Assembly (NCBI GenBank): GCA_963663165.1 | Contig: OY760175.1 | Span: forward strand, 4,192,001-4,256,000 | Direction of reading: 5' to 3' | Length of the DNA: 64,000 bases | DNA from: an uncultured Desulfospira sp. | GTDB lineage: Bacteria > Desulfobacterota > Desulfobacteria > Desulfobacterales > Desulfobacteraceae | Shown here: piece after piece, positions 49,484-60,385 of the stretch | How the letters are laid out: every line of letters begins with the position of its first letter | How positions within the stretch are numbered: position 1 is the first letter of the stretch | The notes under the pieces: model-generated | The model's input: only the letters and a program-made list of their open reading frames with translations | Database searches by the model: none | Told to the model about the DNA's origin: nothing | Position numbers and translations under genes: made by a program

Positions 49484-50002
49484 TTAAGGGCGTTCCCCCA
49501 TCTGTTTTTTGACTTCGGCGACCAATTGCTGATGCCGATGGTTGTCCGGGTCGGCCAGAAGCGCTTTCTCCCCCCAATCCAGTGCTTTTGGAAAATCCTT
49601 TTGCTGGCGGTAGTTTTCGGCAATCGCATACAGCACATGCTTCAGCGGTGCGTTCCGGCGTTCAGGTGAAAAATCCAATACCGTTTTAAAATCAGCCACA
49701 GCAAGGTCATGATTTTTTTTAACCGTATAACAGCTTCCCCGTCCAATAAGGCTTTCTTCGTCGTAGGGGTCTAAAGTCAAGGCGCTGGAATAAAACCGGA
49801 CGGCATCATCGAGCCGGTCCTCTATTTCGCAGATTTTACCCAGATAAAAATAGGGGTTGTCCCCATCTTCATGGCGGTAGAACGGGTCCATTTTGACAAC
49901 GGTCTCAAAGGCCCGTACGGCACCGATTCCGTCGGGTTTATGGAAACATCTTAACCCCTCATTGAACCATTCGGTCACAGAGCGGTTCTCTTCTGTATTC
50001 AT
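49484..50002 (-). CDS. TPR protein
   Basis: Repeated TPR helices (YFYLG, ALTLDP, ALLADP). Confidence 0.8.
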   Translation of the reverse strand: MNTEENRSVTEWFNEGLRCFHKPDGIGAVRAFETVVKMDPFYRHEDGDNPYFYLGKICEIEDRLDDAVRFYSSALTLDPYDEESLIGRGSCYTVKKNHDLAVADFKTVLDFSPERRNAPLKHVLYAIAENYRQQKDFPKALDWGEKALLADPDNHRHQQLVAEVKKQMGERP

Positions 50003-50085
50003 TGGCAACCCCGTATGATAAAAATTAACTTCAAGGGCATCATACCATTTTTTATTTCAGGCGCAACCCGGAACCCGGAATGTGT

Positions 50086-50135
50086 CAGGGCAATCGCATG
50101 CAAAAAAGCAGTCCATCCCGGAATGAAAGATAAGG
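50086..50135 (+). repeat. Solo end of the CAGGG..ATCGCATG..ATAAGG repeat
   Basis: CAGGGCAATCGCATG is identical to 5466-5480 and is followed by CCGGAAT..ATAAGG. Confidence 0.65.
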
Positions 50136-50331
50136 TTCAACCGAACAAGCCCCCCGCTGACGCCGGTTTCAGTGCGGACCCGGTTTCCTGTGTGCTTCAA
50201 ATCCAAGGGGCGATAATTCAGGGGGAATTTCCCTTCCATTTTTTTTAAATAAAGCATATAGTTAGAAAATCGCACAAATTCTCACATGAAATCATCCTTT
50301 CATCATGGACAATCAAAACTGGAGGTTAATG

Positions 50332-51900
50332 ATGGCGAAATTATCAAGTGTATTAACTCAAGATAATCAGGAGGAAGAGTCGCAGGGTACCGGTTTTGCA
50401 CGCCGAACGGATTTCAGATGGTTGGCATTGGGCATCGCCATCTTTCTTTTTGTATTGCTGGTTCTTCCCATGCCGGATTCCATGTTGGAGAAGGCCTTTT
50501 CAATATATTCCGGATTAACGCCGCAGGCCCAGGCCGGGACATCGGTTGAAATTATGGCAAACCATATTAAAGTGATCATTGCACTTCTTGCCATGTGCGT
50601 GGTGTTCTTTGCCACCGAAGCGGTTCCCTTACCGGCCGTGGCGCTTTCAATCGGTTTGATCCAACTGTTTTTCGGCACCACACCGCCCATGCGGATTGTG
50701 CAAACCTATGCGCATGATGCGGTCTGGTTTATTGCAGGATCTCTTGCCATTGGCGCCACCCTGGTAAAATACGGACTTGATAAGCGTATCGGCATGCTGG
50801 TGATGAAATGGTCCGGCACCAATGTTCGGCGAATCATTGTCGGGATCATTATCGGCACGGCCTTTCCAGCGGCCTTTATTGGAGAACACGCGGTGGCCGG
50901 CATGTATCTGCCTTTGGCCGTTGCTCTTTTTACGCTGACGAGTAAAAAAACAGATTGTCCGAATTTAGGTAAACTTCTGACCCTTACAATCGCTTTCGGT
51001 TGCATGATCGGCGGCCCCATGTCGCCCACAGGCGGAGCGCGAAATGCGATTATGATCGGATTTTTAACCGATTTCAATATTGAGGTCTCTTTTATCCAGT
51101 GGATCAGCATGGGCATCAGTTACACACTGCTGATGTCCGTTGTGATGTCTTTCATCCTGCCGTTCTTAATCAAACCGGAGACCGATGATCTCTCCTATGC
51201 CGTGTCTGTTCTTAAGCAGGATCTGGAGAAACACGGGAAGGTGACCGGTAAACAATGGCTGGTGGCAGGCATCATGGGGCTGGTCGTTTTTATGTGGATT
51301 ACTGATAAAAGCTTAATTCGGGACCTTTTGGGTTTTTCCCTGGGTCTGGGCGGTATTGCCATATTGGGTGCCGTACTATACATGCTGCTGGGTCTGACCA
51401 CCTGGGTGGATTATGAAGAGGGAATCAGCTGGGGCGTGGTTGTCCTCTATGCGGGGGCCATTTCGCTGGGTTCGGCATTTAAAGCCACGGGTGCCGCGGC
51501 ATGGTTGGCGGACCAGATCATGGTACTGGTGGCGCCTTTGGGGATAAAATCCGGAATTCCGCTGGTCATTCTGGCGGTTTTTGTCGGGGCGGGGTTGACC
51601 AACCTCATGAGCGCCGGCGCCACCGTCGCGGTGATCGGCCCTGTCATCATCGGCATGGCGGAATCCTCGGGCACCAACCCTTTAATTGTTGGAATCGCCC
51701 TGGCCATCTCCTCTTCCGCAGCGTTCTGGCTGGTCATCGGGACACCGGCCAGTTCCATTGTTTACAGCAGCGGGCTGCTCTCCTCAAAAGATTTTATCCG
51801 GGGCGCAAGTTTGGCCTGGCCGGCGGCGGTTCTCGTCATTATCGGCATGATTATTTTCTACTGGATCCCAGTTTTAGGCATCCCTATCGGTTTAAATTAA
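50332..51900 (+). CDS. SLC13/DASS-family anion transporter
   Basis: TEAVP, IGGPMSPTGGARN and GTPAS motifs; many TM segments; GGAGG RBS. Confidence 0.88.
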   Translation: MAKLSSVLTQDNQEEESQGTGFARRTDFRWLALGIAIFLFVLLVLPMPDSMLEKAFSIYSGLTPQAQAGTSVEIMANHIKVIIALLAMCVVFFATEAVPLPAVALSIGLIQLFFGTTPPMRIVQTYAHDAVWFIAGSLAIGATLVKYGLDKRIGMLVMKWSGTNVRRIIVGIIIGTAFPAAFIGEHAVAGMYLPLAVALFTLTSKKTDCPNLGKLLTLTIAFGCMIGGPMSPTGGARNAIMIGFLTDFNIEVSFIQWISMGISYTLLMSVVMSFILPFLIKPETDDLSYAVSVLKQDLEKHGKVTGKQWLVAGIMGLVVFMWITDKSLIRDLLGFSLGLGGIAILGAVLYMLLGLTTWVDYEEGISWGVVVLYAGAISLGSAFKATGAAAWLADQIMVLVAPLGIKSGIPLVILAVFVGAGLTNLMSAGATVAVIGPVIIGMAESSGTNPLIVGIALAISSSAAFWLVIGTPASSIVYSSGLLSSKDFIRGASLAWPAAVLVIIGMIIFYWIPVLGIPIGLN

Positions 51901-51925
51901 TCCATTTAATCAAAGGGCAGACCCT

Positions 51926-52288
51926 ATGACATATGTACTGTTTTTTGTTATCTGCGTAACCTTGAGTTTAATTTTTTTTATCGGTCGAAACAAAAGACTC
52001 GGTGAATTTCACCAGGATTTTACATTAGAAGCGGAAAAACGAAACGCCTGTAAAACAGAGCGGTATATGTCTTTCAGAGACGTTCAGGAAACCCAGCATG
52101 CCTTAAAGCGCAAAATTGAAAACAGCCTTGAAGATGGGGAACATAAGGAGCTGCTCCTGGATATCGTCACCGAATGGGCACAGCTGCGGATCAAGGCGTT
52201 TCAGGACCGACGCTCCTGGTTAAGAAAACCGGAATCCCATGACGTGCAATCACCCGTCGTCCAGTCCCATGGCAAGATAGAACATTAG
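51926..52288 (+). CDS. Hypothetical protein with N-terminal TM
   Basis: 120-aa ORF immediately after the DASS gene. Confidence 0.65.
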   Translation: MTYVLFFVICVTLSLIFFIGRNKRLGEFHQDFTLEAEKRNACKTERYMSFRDVQETQHALKRKIENSLEDGEHKELLLDIVTEWAQLRIKAFQDRRSWLRKPESHDVQSPVVQSHGKIEH

Positions 52289-52488
52289 TGCCGGCAGGGG
52301 TAGCGGGGTCCAATGGGGCCTGGTCCAAACCGAACAAAGATCGGGCCGGGCCGGACCAGATCGTAGACCCCCTGGAAACAGCTCCCAGTGACCTTAAGCC
52401 AGGAGCCCGTTTTTTGTGCCCGCCGGGATTTGGCTTTCGGTGTGCGGTCTCCCCTCATCCGGTCTTCATTTTATACATCAAGCTGACG

Positions 52489-53466
52489 TCAGAACATTTT
52501 CCGGCTCATGTCATCAATGGCTTTGGCGGCGGCATCATAGACCCCTGGAAAGGAGCTGAACCCTAAGCCCTGGGTCAGGCAGGGGATAAAATAATGTTTG
52601 CCGCATTCGGTGCAGGCTTTTTCCACGGCTTTTTCGATGGCGTCCACTGTCCACTCCGGGTGGTCCAGAGGGCCTGAATCCAGCTGTCCCATAAAGGTGA
52701 GCTGACCGCCATAGGTTTTGATCAGTTCCGGGGTGTTGTTGGTGGTCATCACCCCCTGCCAGATATCAATGCCCATTTCAATCATAAAGGGCACCAGGTT
52801 GGCGGCGTAGGAGTCACTGTGGTGGACGATGAGTTCAACCCCGTTGTCTTTCCAGAACCCATAAATCTTCTTGTAGGCCGGCACATAAAATTCCTCAAAC
52901 ATGTCCGGGGACATGAACGACGAGATCTGGCTGCCCCAGTCGTCATGGTGGAACAGGGCATCGGGCTTGAGATACTTGACCACTTCCCTGGCATGGGCCA
53001 GTTCATATTCGGCCAGAAAATCGATAAGTTCCTCCATGCATTCGGGCTCTTCATAGAGGGCCATCATGGCATTTTCCATCCCCATGAGGCTGTGGGTCAT
53101 TTCAAAGAGGCCCGGGGCATAGAAGATGGTCACGTATTTGTCCTGCCTGTCCACAGACTCAGCCTGTTTGACCGCAGGTTCCCATTTCTCTTCCGGGAAA
53201 ATCACCGAAGGCGCTTTGATCACCTCTTTCCATTGGGTGATGTCCTTGAGGGCTTTGAGTTCACCGGTATGGACAGGAAATGCCCCTAACTGGTCTTCGG
53301 GCCATTGGTAAGTAATCCCCCATTCGTTGACAATGGTCTGTCCGCGCTGGGGTCTGATTCTCCTGGGGGCGGTAAGAATAACTTCCATAAACTCGTACTG
53401 GTTGACGAACCGGTCCGGATTTCCGCCTTTCATCGTTTCAATCAGGTTCTGTCGTTTGGTCAGCAT
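52489..53466 (-). CDS. URO-D/MtaA-superfamily corrinoid methyltransferase
   Basis: NEWG, HHDDWGSQ, MSP and HHSDS motifs; adjacent to a corrinoid protein. Confidence 0.85.
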   Translation of the reverse strand: MLTKRQNLIETMKGGNPDRFVNQYEFMEVILTAPRRIRPQRGQTIVNEWGITYQWPEDQLGAFPVHTGELKALKDITQWKEVIKAPSVIFPEEKWEPAVKQAESVDRQDKYVTIFYAPGLFEMTHSLMGMENAMMALYEEPECMEELIDFLAEYELAHAREVVKYLKPDALFHHDDWGSQISSFMSPDMFEEFYVPAYKKIYGFWKDNGVELIVHHSDSYAANLVPFMIEMGIDIWQGVMTTNNTPELIKTYGGQLTFMGQLDSGPLDHPEWTVDAIEKAVEKACTECGKHYFIPCLTQGLGFSSFPGVYDAAAKAIDDMSRKMF

Positions 53467-53482
53467 GAGGTGCCGCTCCTTT

Positions 53483-54124
53483 TTATTCGGCCTGGGTTAC
53501 CAGTTTTTTTGCCTTGACGGCAGCGCCGCCGGCATCAGGGGCATATCCGTCGGCTCCGGCCTCATCGGCGAATTCCTGGGTTATCGGGGCCCCGCCCACG
53601 ATTATTTTAAACCCTTCAAGGCCGCTGGCCTTAATGGTTTCAACCGTCTTTTTCAAGGCGGGCATGGTGGTGGACAACAGACCGGAGCAGGCCACCAGGG
53701 TTACATTTTTATTGGCCTTAATGGCTTCCACAAATTTTTCCGGCGACACATCGACGCCCAGGTCCACCATATTGAACCCGGCACTTTCCACCATCATGGC
53801 CACCAGGTTTTTGCCGATATCGTGCAAATCGCCCTGGACGGTTCCGATAATGCATGTGCCAAGGGACATGGAATCGCCTTCTGCCGCCAAAAGGGGCTTG
53901 AGTACCTCAACGCCTTTTGACATGGCCTTGGCGGCGATGAGCATTTCCGGTACAAAAAGGTCGCCGGCGGAAAATTTTTCACCCACAACCGACATGGCGT
54001 CCACCATGGCCTGCAAAATATCCAGGGGCGGATCTCCTGCATCAATGGCTTCCTGGACTACGCCGGGAAGAAGCTTGGTTTTTCCTTTTTCGGTAAGCGC
54101 CTTGACTTCGGTTAGTTTTGACAT
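53483..54124 (-). CDS. Corrinoid (B12-binding) protein
   Basis: FVPEML, GDLHDIGKNLV, SGLL and VGGAP motifs. Confidence 0.93.
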   Translation of the reverse strand: MSKLTEVKALTEKGKTKLLPGVVQEAIDAGDPPLDILQAMVDAMSVVGEKFSAGDLFVPEMLIAAKAMSKGVEVLKPLLAAEGDSMSLGTCIIGTVQGDLHDIGKNLVAMMVESAGFNMVDLGVDVSPEKFVEAIKANKNVTLVACSGLLSTTMPALKKTVETIKASGLEGFKIIVGGAPITQEFADEAGADGYAPDAGGAAVKAKKLVTQAE

Positions 54125-54444
54125 GGTTTTTCCCTACTTTTGTTGCCGTTAATTATTCTGGTAATCCATTGAACTATTGGAGTCCTATAATGAACTATTT
54201 AACTGAACCAAACAAGCCTTCCCGGTAATTTTCTATATATTCCAGGCAAACCTTGTCACGTTCAAGGCACGCTTGCACAGCATAAATCAGGCCAATACGG
54301 TGCCCCCCTGACCCTGTTTTGAAAATGAAAACCGGTGACACTTTCTCTGGACAACGGATAAGATTTAATCTAATCCTAACCATACGAATGATAATTTCCG
54401 GTATACTCTGGTATCGTCAATGAACATCACACAGGAGCCAGGCC

Positions 54445-56635
54445 ATGGGAAAAAAACGCCAATCAAAACGGGTTGTGGTTGCCCTGTCGTTTATTCTGGT
54501 ATGGGCCAATCTGATCATCTTTACAGGGCAGGGATATGGGACGCAGCCCCCGTTTATTCCGGCGGATATCACGGTTACCCAGGATGTGGCGGCCACCGGG
54601 GTGGAGCCCATTGGGGCCAACCTGACCACCATTGCCGGGGGAACCAATTTCGCCATCAACAACCATGTCTGGAGCAGCGGGTTTGAGCCCATGGTTGTCC
54701 GCAAGTTTGTCCGTGTTGACCGGGCCGGGTCGGACTGGTTTGAATGGGATTCCTTTGGCGGATCCGGGTATTGGAATCTGGCCTGGACCGGGCTTTTAGA
54801 CGGTGCCGCCATCCGGTTTTACCGGATCGTGGACCAGGGCGGCAATCCCTTAAGCTATGATGGCGGCACCAACATGAACGACACCACCGGCGCCGACCAT
54901 GTGGTTTTCCTGGGAGAAACCACCATCCCGCCGGGCGGCTATATAGCCAATGACGACCGGGACGGTTATACGTCCGACGACAGGGCCCGGGTCTATGTTA
55001 ATGACGATGGCTTAGGCCTGCAATTCGGGGATTATGCCTATATCAAATTAAAGACCAATTATATCGGCTTATGGCAACGGCACATACAACGTGGCCTGGA
55101 ATTCCGGGACCGGCAATGCCCCGGACATGACCATTGCCCAGTGCCTGTACTGGGCGTACAAAACCGGGGACAGCCCTCAAACCCGGGTGGTTCCTTATCT
55201 TACCGGCCTTGAGGAGTATACGGAAGACGAGTGGATGGCCCTGGCCGAATTTTTAGGGGTTCCCTATGACCCGTCCGTGGATACGCCAGAAACTAAGCCA
55301 TATGCCTACCTAAGGTATACGTACAGGGACGGCAACGGCACCCCCTGGACCGATGAATTTCGGGAAATTGTGGTTGAATACGGCAACGAGACCTGGCACA
55401 ACGGTGCCGGCGGATACGGCTGGGACGGCTGGGGACGGCCAGGCTGGGTCCACCATGGCGGCAAAGAGTACGGGCTGTTCGCCAGATACATGTTTGACCA
55501 GCATGTCATGCAGATGCCCGAATGGGCCTTTTACAGCCTTGGCGATAAAATTAAATTTTCCCTGGGGGCCAACTATGACGGGTCTGCATCCGCCTATGGC
55601 GAGCTGGCCCTGTTACAGGGGGCAACCATCTCCTATCTGGGCCATGCCAATTATGTGGGGCCCAAATGGGAAACCAATGACACCGGAACCTCGGTGTTTG
55701 ACAATCACGGGGTCCAGATGACCCTTCTGGGGCTGCACGGTTCCATGCAGGAGCTGATTCTGGAAGCCGCGGCCACCCGGGACGCCTTAAATGCATCCGG
55801 GCAAACCGATTATAGGCTCCAGGCCTATGAAGGGGGCCCTTCCGGGTACTGGACCAATGATGAAGATCCTGACGTCGACGAGTTTTATGGAAAGTCGGCG
55901 GCCATGGGCCTGGCCGCCCTGGATGCCTGGTTGTTTTCCAGCCTGAACGGGTATGCGTACCAGTCTTACCTGGGGTTTTCTTCCGGGACATGGTGGACGT
56001 CTCACACCCTGCCCGAGGCCTGCGGATTCAGGGCCCATGCCGGCTGGCTGGCCCTGAAGATGAGAAACCGGTATGCCCTGGGATCAACCATGGTTGAGAC
56101 CATCCACAACACCGAACCCATTTTTGAGGGAGAAGAGGGGGATATTCCCTTAATTTCTTCCTATGCCCTGACCAACGGGGAGTCGTTTTCCGTGTTTGTC
56201 CTGTCCCGGAAACTGGACGGCAATCATGATGGCGTGGATTTTGGAACCGGACTTACCCCGGTGACCCTTCACCTGCCCTTTGACCGGGTCAGTGCCATTA
56301 CCCGGTACCGCCTGGAAACCCCGGAAGGCGGCCCGGTTGACCCAAGGCTCAACAATATCGAAGACCTGAACGTGGTTATCGGCGCTAAGGATATTGATCC
56401 GGCGGATTTTTCCCCGGACTTTGCCCTGAACCAAAAGACCGGGGCTGAGGACGGGGGGATTGCTCCGGGCAGCATCAATCTTTACGTTTTTAACCTGATA
56501 CAGGATCTGCCCTGCACCCCGGACCGGGACGGTGACGGTGACGTGGACGGCAAAGACCTGGCCGGGTTTGCCCAAAATCTTACCCTGGACTGCCTGCTGG
56601 ATATGGCCCAAAATTTCGGCACCCAGGCCCAGTAA
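54445..56635 (+). pseudogene. Secreted glycoside-hydrolase-like protein with dockerin/EF-hand-like tail, frameshifted near 55052-55070
   Basis: ORF1 has a signal peptide. The second frame opens at 55052 and carries EYGNETW, YEGG and DRDGDGDVDGKDL. Protein-like sequence switches frame at ATC GGC T|TAT GGC. Confidence 0.7.
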
Positions 56636-56699
56636 ACTCGGGTTGTTTACTCTCCATGACTGTGCCCATGGCCATGATGACCCGTACAATGGCTTTGCC

Positions 56700-57731
56700 T
56701 CATGAAGCTTTCCGGGCAATAATCAGACGCGTTTCCATATTGGACCACTCGGCCATATCGATCACCTTTTCCCGCTCAAATCCGGCCTCTGCCAGAGTTT
56801 CATAAAGTTCGGAAGTGGTTTTCATGTGCATTTTGCTCTGGCCTGAGATCTGTTCCTTTAAGTCCCAGATCAGGGAGGTGAGCGGACCACTGCGGTCATC
56901 ATCGATAGTGAAGGTGAGCCGGATGAACAGCCCGCCGTCTTTCAGTGCGGCAGCGACCTGCCGGTAAAAGGCCAGTGCCTCGTCACCCCGTCCGCCGAAG
57001 GAGCAGGCCTCGAATGCCATATCGTATCCCGACCCGAGATCGTCTTTGGTATAGTCGCCGGACATGGTCCTGACCCGCTCCTGCATGCCGTACCGGTCGA
57101 TATATGTCTGGGTCATGGGGGTGACCTCGGGCTTGTCAAAAATGACCACATCAAGGTCCGGGTTCTCCTGGGCAAAGCCAATGCCGAAAAGGCCATGGCC
57201 ACCGCCAAGATCAATGAGCTTCCTGGCGGCGGTAAATTCAGGGAATTTTGTAATATTTCTGAGCGTTCCCTGAAGCCTGCCCAGAAGGGTGCCGCGGGCC
57301 ATCCAGTCGATGCACTGCTGATCATAGACATGGTCATGGGGGTCGGCGTCCCGGGTAGCACCGGTTTTCATCACCTGGGCCAGCTGCATCCAGGTATCGC
57401 GGGATTGGGTCGAAAAATTCAAATACCGGGCAAAATAGTCCGCGTCTTTGACCAGAAAAGGGGCCACATCAGGGGCGGTCTGGTATTTATTCCCCTCTTT
57501 GGTGAGCAGGTGCATGGCGGCCAGGACGTCCAGAAGCCGGCCGGTGATCCGGGATTGGGTCCCTATCTTTTCAGATAATTTTTCCACCCCGCAGGGCTCG
57601 GCCAGTTCGTTGAATATGTTGAGTTCCAGAGCGGTAAGAAAAATTTGACCTTTTTCAAAACTTGCGGCCAGGTCCCGCAGGTACTTTGACCGGTCTTCAA
57701 TGGGGGGGGTGGCGGTTGCCAGTCTTTCCAT
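56700..57731 (-). CDS. SAM-dependent O-methyltransferase family (dimerisation domain)
   Basis: ALELNIF, LIDLGGGHG and GDY motifs. Confidence 0.88.
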   Translation of the reverse strand: MERLATATPPIEDRSKYLRDLAASFEKGQIFLTALELNIFNELAEPCGVEKLSEKIGTQSRITGRLLDVLAAMHLLTKEGNKYQTAPDVAPFLVKDADYFARYLNFSTQSRDTWMQLAQVMKTGATRDADPHDHVYDQQCIDWMARGTLLGRLQGTLRNITKFPEFTAARKLIDLGGGHGLFGIGFAQENPDLDVVIFDKPEVTPMTQTYIDRYGMQERVRTMSGDYTKDDLGSGYDMAFEACSFGGRGDEALAFYRQVAAALKDGGLFIRLTFTIDDDRSGPLTSLIWDLKEQISGQSKMHMKTTSELYETLAEAGFEREKVIDMAEWSNMETRLIIARKAS

Positions 57732-57762
57732 GGTGTTCTCCTTGAAATGTTATGTGAGTTTT

Positions 57763-57847
57763 TATGAAAGTCTCTTAATAAAAGTTACTTTCAATTTTGG
57801 TTATGGGCGATTCTTGGTTGGATAATCCAAGCCGTCCGTGACGGTTA
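57763..57847 (+). repeat. REP-like two-hairpin repeat, copy 2
   Basis: Homologous to 33930-34019. Confidence 0.8.
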
Positions 57848-57850
57848 TTC

Positions 57851-58612
57851 TCAGCCGCCATCGGCGGCCAGCAGTTGTCTGGTACATGGGTGCCGGGGAT
57901 CGGTCATCACTTTGTTGACCGGCCCCTGCTCAACGATACGCCCTTCAGATACCACGGCCACCCGCTGGCAGAATGCGGCCACCAGGCGGATGTCATGAGA
58001 AATATACAGATAGGCCATTCCCCGGTCCCGCTGCAGGGCCATGAGAAGGTGCAGGATATTGGCCTGGGCAGAGACATCGAGCATGGATGTCGGTTCATCG
58101 AGAACCACAAAGCTGGGGTTTAAGGCCATGACGCGGGCAATGGCAATGCGCTGTTTTTCCCCGCCGCTCACCTCGGCCGGGTATCTGTCCAGAATATCCT
58201 CGTCCAGGCCGACCCGGGCGAGCTGCGCCTTAACGGCCCCGGCCTCCTTTGACCGGGAAACCAGGCGATGAAGGCGAAGCGGTTCTTTGAGCAAATTGCC
58301 GATCTTCATTCCAGGATGCAGGCTTGACTGCGGATCCTGGAAGATAATCTGCATCTTTTTTTTGAGCCACCGTGACAATTGGTAATTGGGGTGGCTGATA
58401 TCCCTGTCTTGGAACAGCAGCCGGCCTTCACTTGGTGCCATCAGGCCCACGGCAAGTTTTCCAATTGTTGATTTGCCTGCCCCGCTCGGGCCGATGAGCC
58501 CCAGGGTTTCTCCGGGGTTCACCATAAGGTTGATTTTATGGACCACGCGGCTCTTGCGCTTCAGGACATGGCCCTGAACAAAAACCTTGCCCACATCCTG
58601 CATTTCAAACAT
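57851..58612 (-). CDS. Peptide/nickel ABC transporter ATPase
   Basis: GPSGAGKS, FQDP, SGGEKQR and DEPTS motifs. Confidence 0.92.
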   Translation of the reverse strand: MFEMQDVGKVFVQGHVLKRKSRVVHKINLMVNPGETLGLIGPSGAGKSTIGKLAVGLMAPSEGRLLFQDRDISHPNYQLSRWLKKKMQIIFQDPQSSLHPGMKIGNLLKEPLRLHRLVSRSKEAGAVKAQLARVGLDEDILDRYPAEVSGGEKQRIAIARVMALNPSFVVLDEPTSMLDVSAQANILHLLMALQRDRGMAYLYISHDIRLVAAFCQRVAVVSEGRIVEQGPVNKVMTDPRHPCTRQLLAADGG

Positions 58613-59534
58613 GGCGGCACCTCACCCAATGATCCCCGGCAATTCTTCTAAGGGCCGGGGTATGGTGCATACAGTCGGCATCCGCTTCAGGGCACCGGCC
58701 GGCAAAGCGGCAGCCCAGGGGCCGGTGGAAAATCCCCGGGGCTTTGCCCGGCAAGGGATGCAGCCCGGCGCTGGGATGGCTTTTGAGCAACCCCTGTGTA
58801 TAGGGATGGCGGGCCGCCCCGTCAAGGATGGCATGGCTGGCACCGACCTCAACAAACTGGCCGGCATACATGACGGCCAGCCGGCCCGGCAGGGTTTTTG
58901 CCACATCAAGGTCGTGGGTGATCAAGAGAAGCGATCGCTTTCCTTTTTCGGTAAACCGGTCCAGCAGGGCCACCAGTTCAGCCTTGGTGACGTTGTCCAG
59001 CCCTTTGGTGGGTTCGTCAGCCACCAGCAGATCGGGTTCCCGGCAGGTGCCCAGGCCAAACAGTGCCCTGCCCTTCATGCCTTCACTGAGCTGATGGGGG
59101 TACATCCGGGCCACGGCCGGTGACAGGCCAACCCGTTTGAGAAGCCTTTCAACCGCCGAGGTTGCCGACGGGCCGTGGCCTGGGGCCCGCAGCACCTCTT
59201 TTGCCTGGGTCTGGAAGCGGAATACGGGGTTAAGACAGGTTCCGGCGCTTTGGGGCACATAACCGATCCGGGTGGCGCGGATTTTTTTAAGGGTGTTTTT
59301 GTCCGCTGTGGTCAGGTTTTCTTCTTCAAAACGGATGGTACCCCGGACAGCGGCATTGGGGGGCAGAATTCCCATTACGGCCATGGCCACCAGGGATTTG
59401 CCGCAGCCGCTTTCCCCGATGATGATGGCCCGTTCTCCTGCCGAAAGTTCCAGGCAGACGTCGTCCACCACGCTCACCGACTGCCGGTTGAGGCAAAACC
59501 CGATTTCCAGATCTGAAATGCAAAGCAGGCTCAT
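58605..59534 (-). CDS. Peptide/nickel ABC transporter ATPase
   Basis: GESGCGKS, YPHQLSEGM, HPYT and GCRFAGRC motifs. Confidence 0.92.
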   Translation of the reverse strand: MSLLCISDLEIGFCLNRQSVSVVDDVCLELSAGERAIIIGESGCGKSLVAMAVMGILPPNAAVRGTIRFEEENLTTADKNTLKKIRATRIGYVPQSAGTCLNPVFRFQTQAKEVLRAPGHGPSATSAVERLLKRVGLSPAVARMYPHQLSEGMKGRALFGLGTCREPDLLVADEPTKGLDNVTKAELVALLDRFTEKGKRSLLLITHDLDVAKTLPGRLAVMYAGQFVEVGASHAILDGAARHPYTQGLLKSHPSAGLHPLPGKAPGIFHRPLGCRFAGRCPEADADCMHHTPALRRIAGDHWVRCRHV

Positions 59535-60385
59535 AGCGAGGTCCACCGCTGGCGTCCGCCGGACAGGGGATGGGACCGCTGCTCCAGGCTGTAGCCGATC
59601 ATTGCTATGGAAAGGGAGGCCACCACAATGGCCCCTACCGGTGCCAGAAACCACCACCAGCACCCTGCAGACAGCCCCCCGCTGGTAAAGGCGTGATTGA
59701 GGATCCACCCCCAGTCAATGGTTTGGGCATCCCCTAACCCGATAAAGCCTAACCCGACCCCCATGAGCAGATAGCCCTGCAGGGCAAAGACAAACTTGAC
59801 CACCGACAGGGGCAGGACAAAGGGAAGAATGTAGCGAAAAAGAATATAGACATGACTGGCTCCCATGGCCCGTACCCCTTGGACAAACGGCCATTGGGAC
59901 AGGCTCAGAACCTGGGCGCGCACAATGCGGGCGCAGGCACACCAGCCCACCACCCCCATGATGGAGCCCATGGCATAGAGTGACAGGGAATAGTGGGCCG
60001 AAAGGATGATCAGCAACGGAAAAACCGGCACGGCAATGACCACGTCGATCAGCCGGGAAAGAATTTGGTCTGTAAGCCCCCCGAAATAACCGGAAACCAT
60101 GCCCACCAAGGTTCCAATCAAGGTTGCCAGCCCGGCCCCAAGCAGGCCGACCATGATGGAGTTGCGCCCGCCCGCAAGGACCCGGCTGAGCAGGTCCTGC
60201 CCCAGCTCATTGGTGCCGAGCAAGTGATCGGTGCCGGGGGGAATAAGCGGGGGGGCCACGATATCCGTGGGGCCGTATGGGAGAATATGGGATGCGGTAA
60301 AGCATAACACCAGAAATACGCCCAGAACCCCAAAGCTCCACCAGCCAATGACTTGTCTATTCACCGGTTTGCACCCTTGGATCAA
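59531..60385 (-). CDS. Peptide/nickel ABC permease (DppC-like)
   Basis: HLLGTNELGQD motif; EAA-like loop. Confidence 0.9.
   Translation of the reverse strand: MIQGCKPVNRQVIGWWSFGVLGVFLVLCFTASHILPYGPTDIVAPPLIPPGTDHLLGTNELGQDLLSRVLAGGRNSIMVGLLGAGLATLIGTLVGMVSGYFGGLTDQILSRLIDVVIAVPVFPLLIILSAHYSLSLYAMGSIMGVVGWCACARIVRAQVLSLSQWPFVQGVRAMGASHVYILFRYILPFVLPLSVVKFVFALQGYLLMGVGLGFIGLGDAQTIDWGWILNHAFTSGGLSAGCWWWFLAPVGAIVVASLSIAMIGYSLEQRSHPLSGGRQRWTSL

Noticed and set aside
52288..52566. 92-aa ORF
   Set aside because: Overlaps the convergent methyltransferase gene and has no protein-like features.
54195..54383. 62-aa ORF upstream of the corrinoid gene, or a B12 riboswitch
   Set aside because: No recognisable protein motif or B12-box seen.
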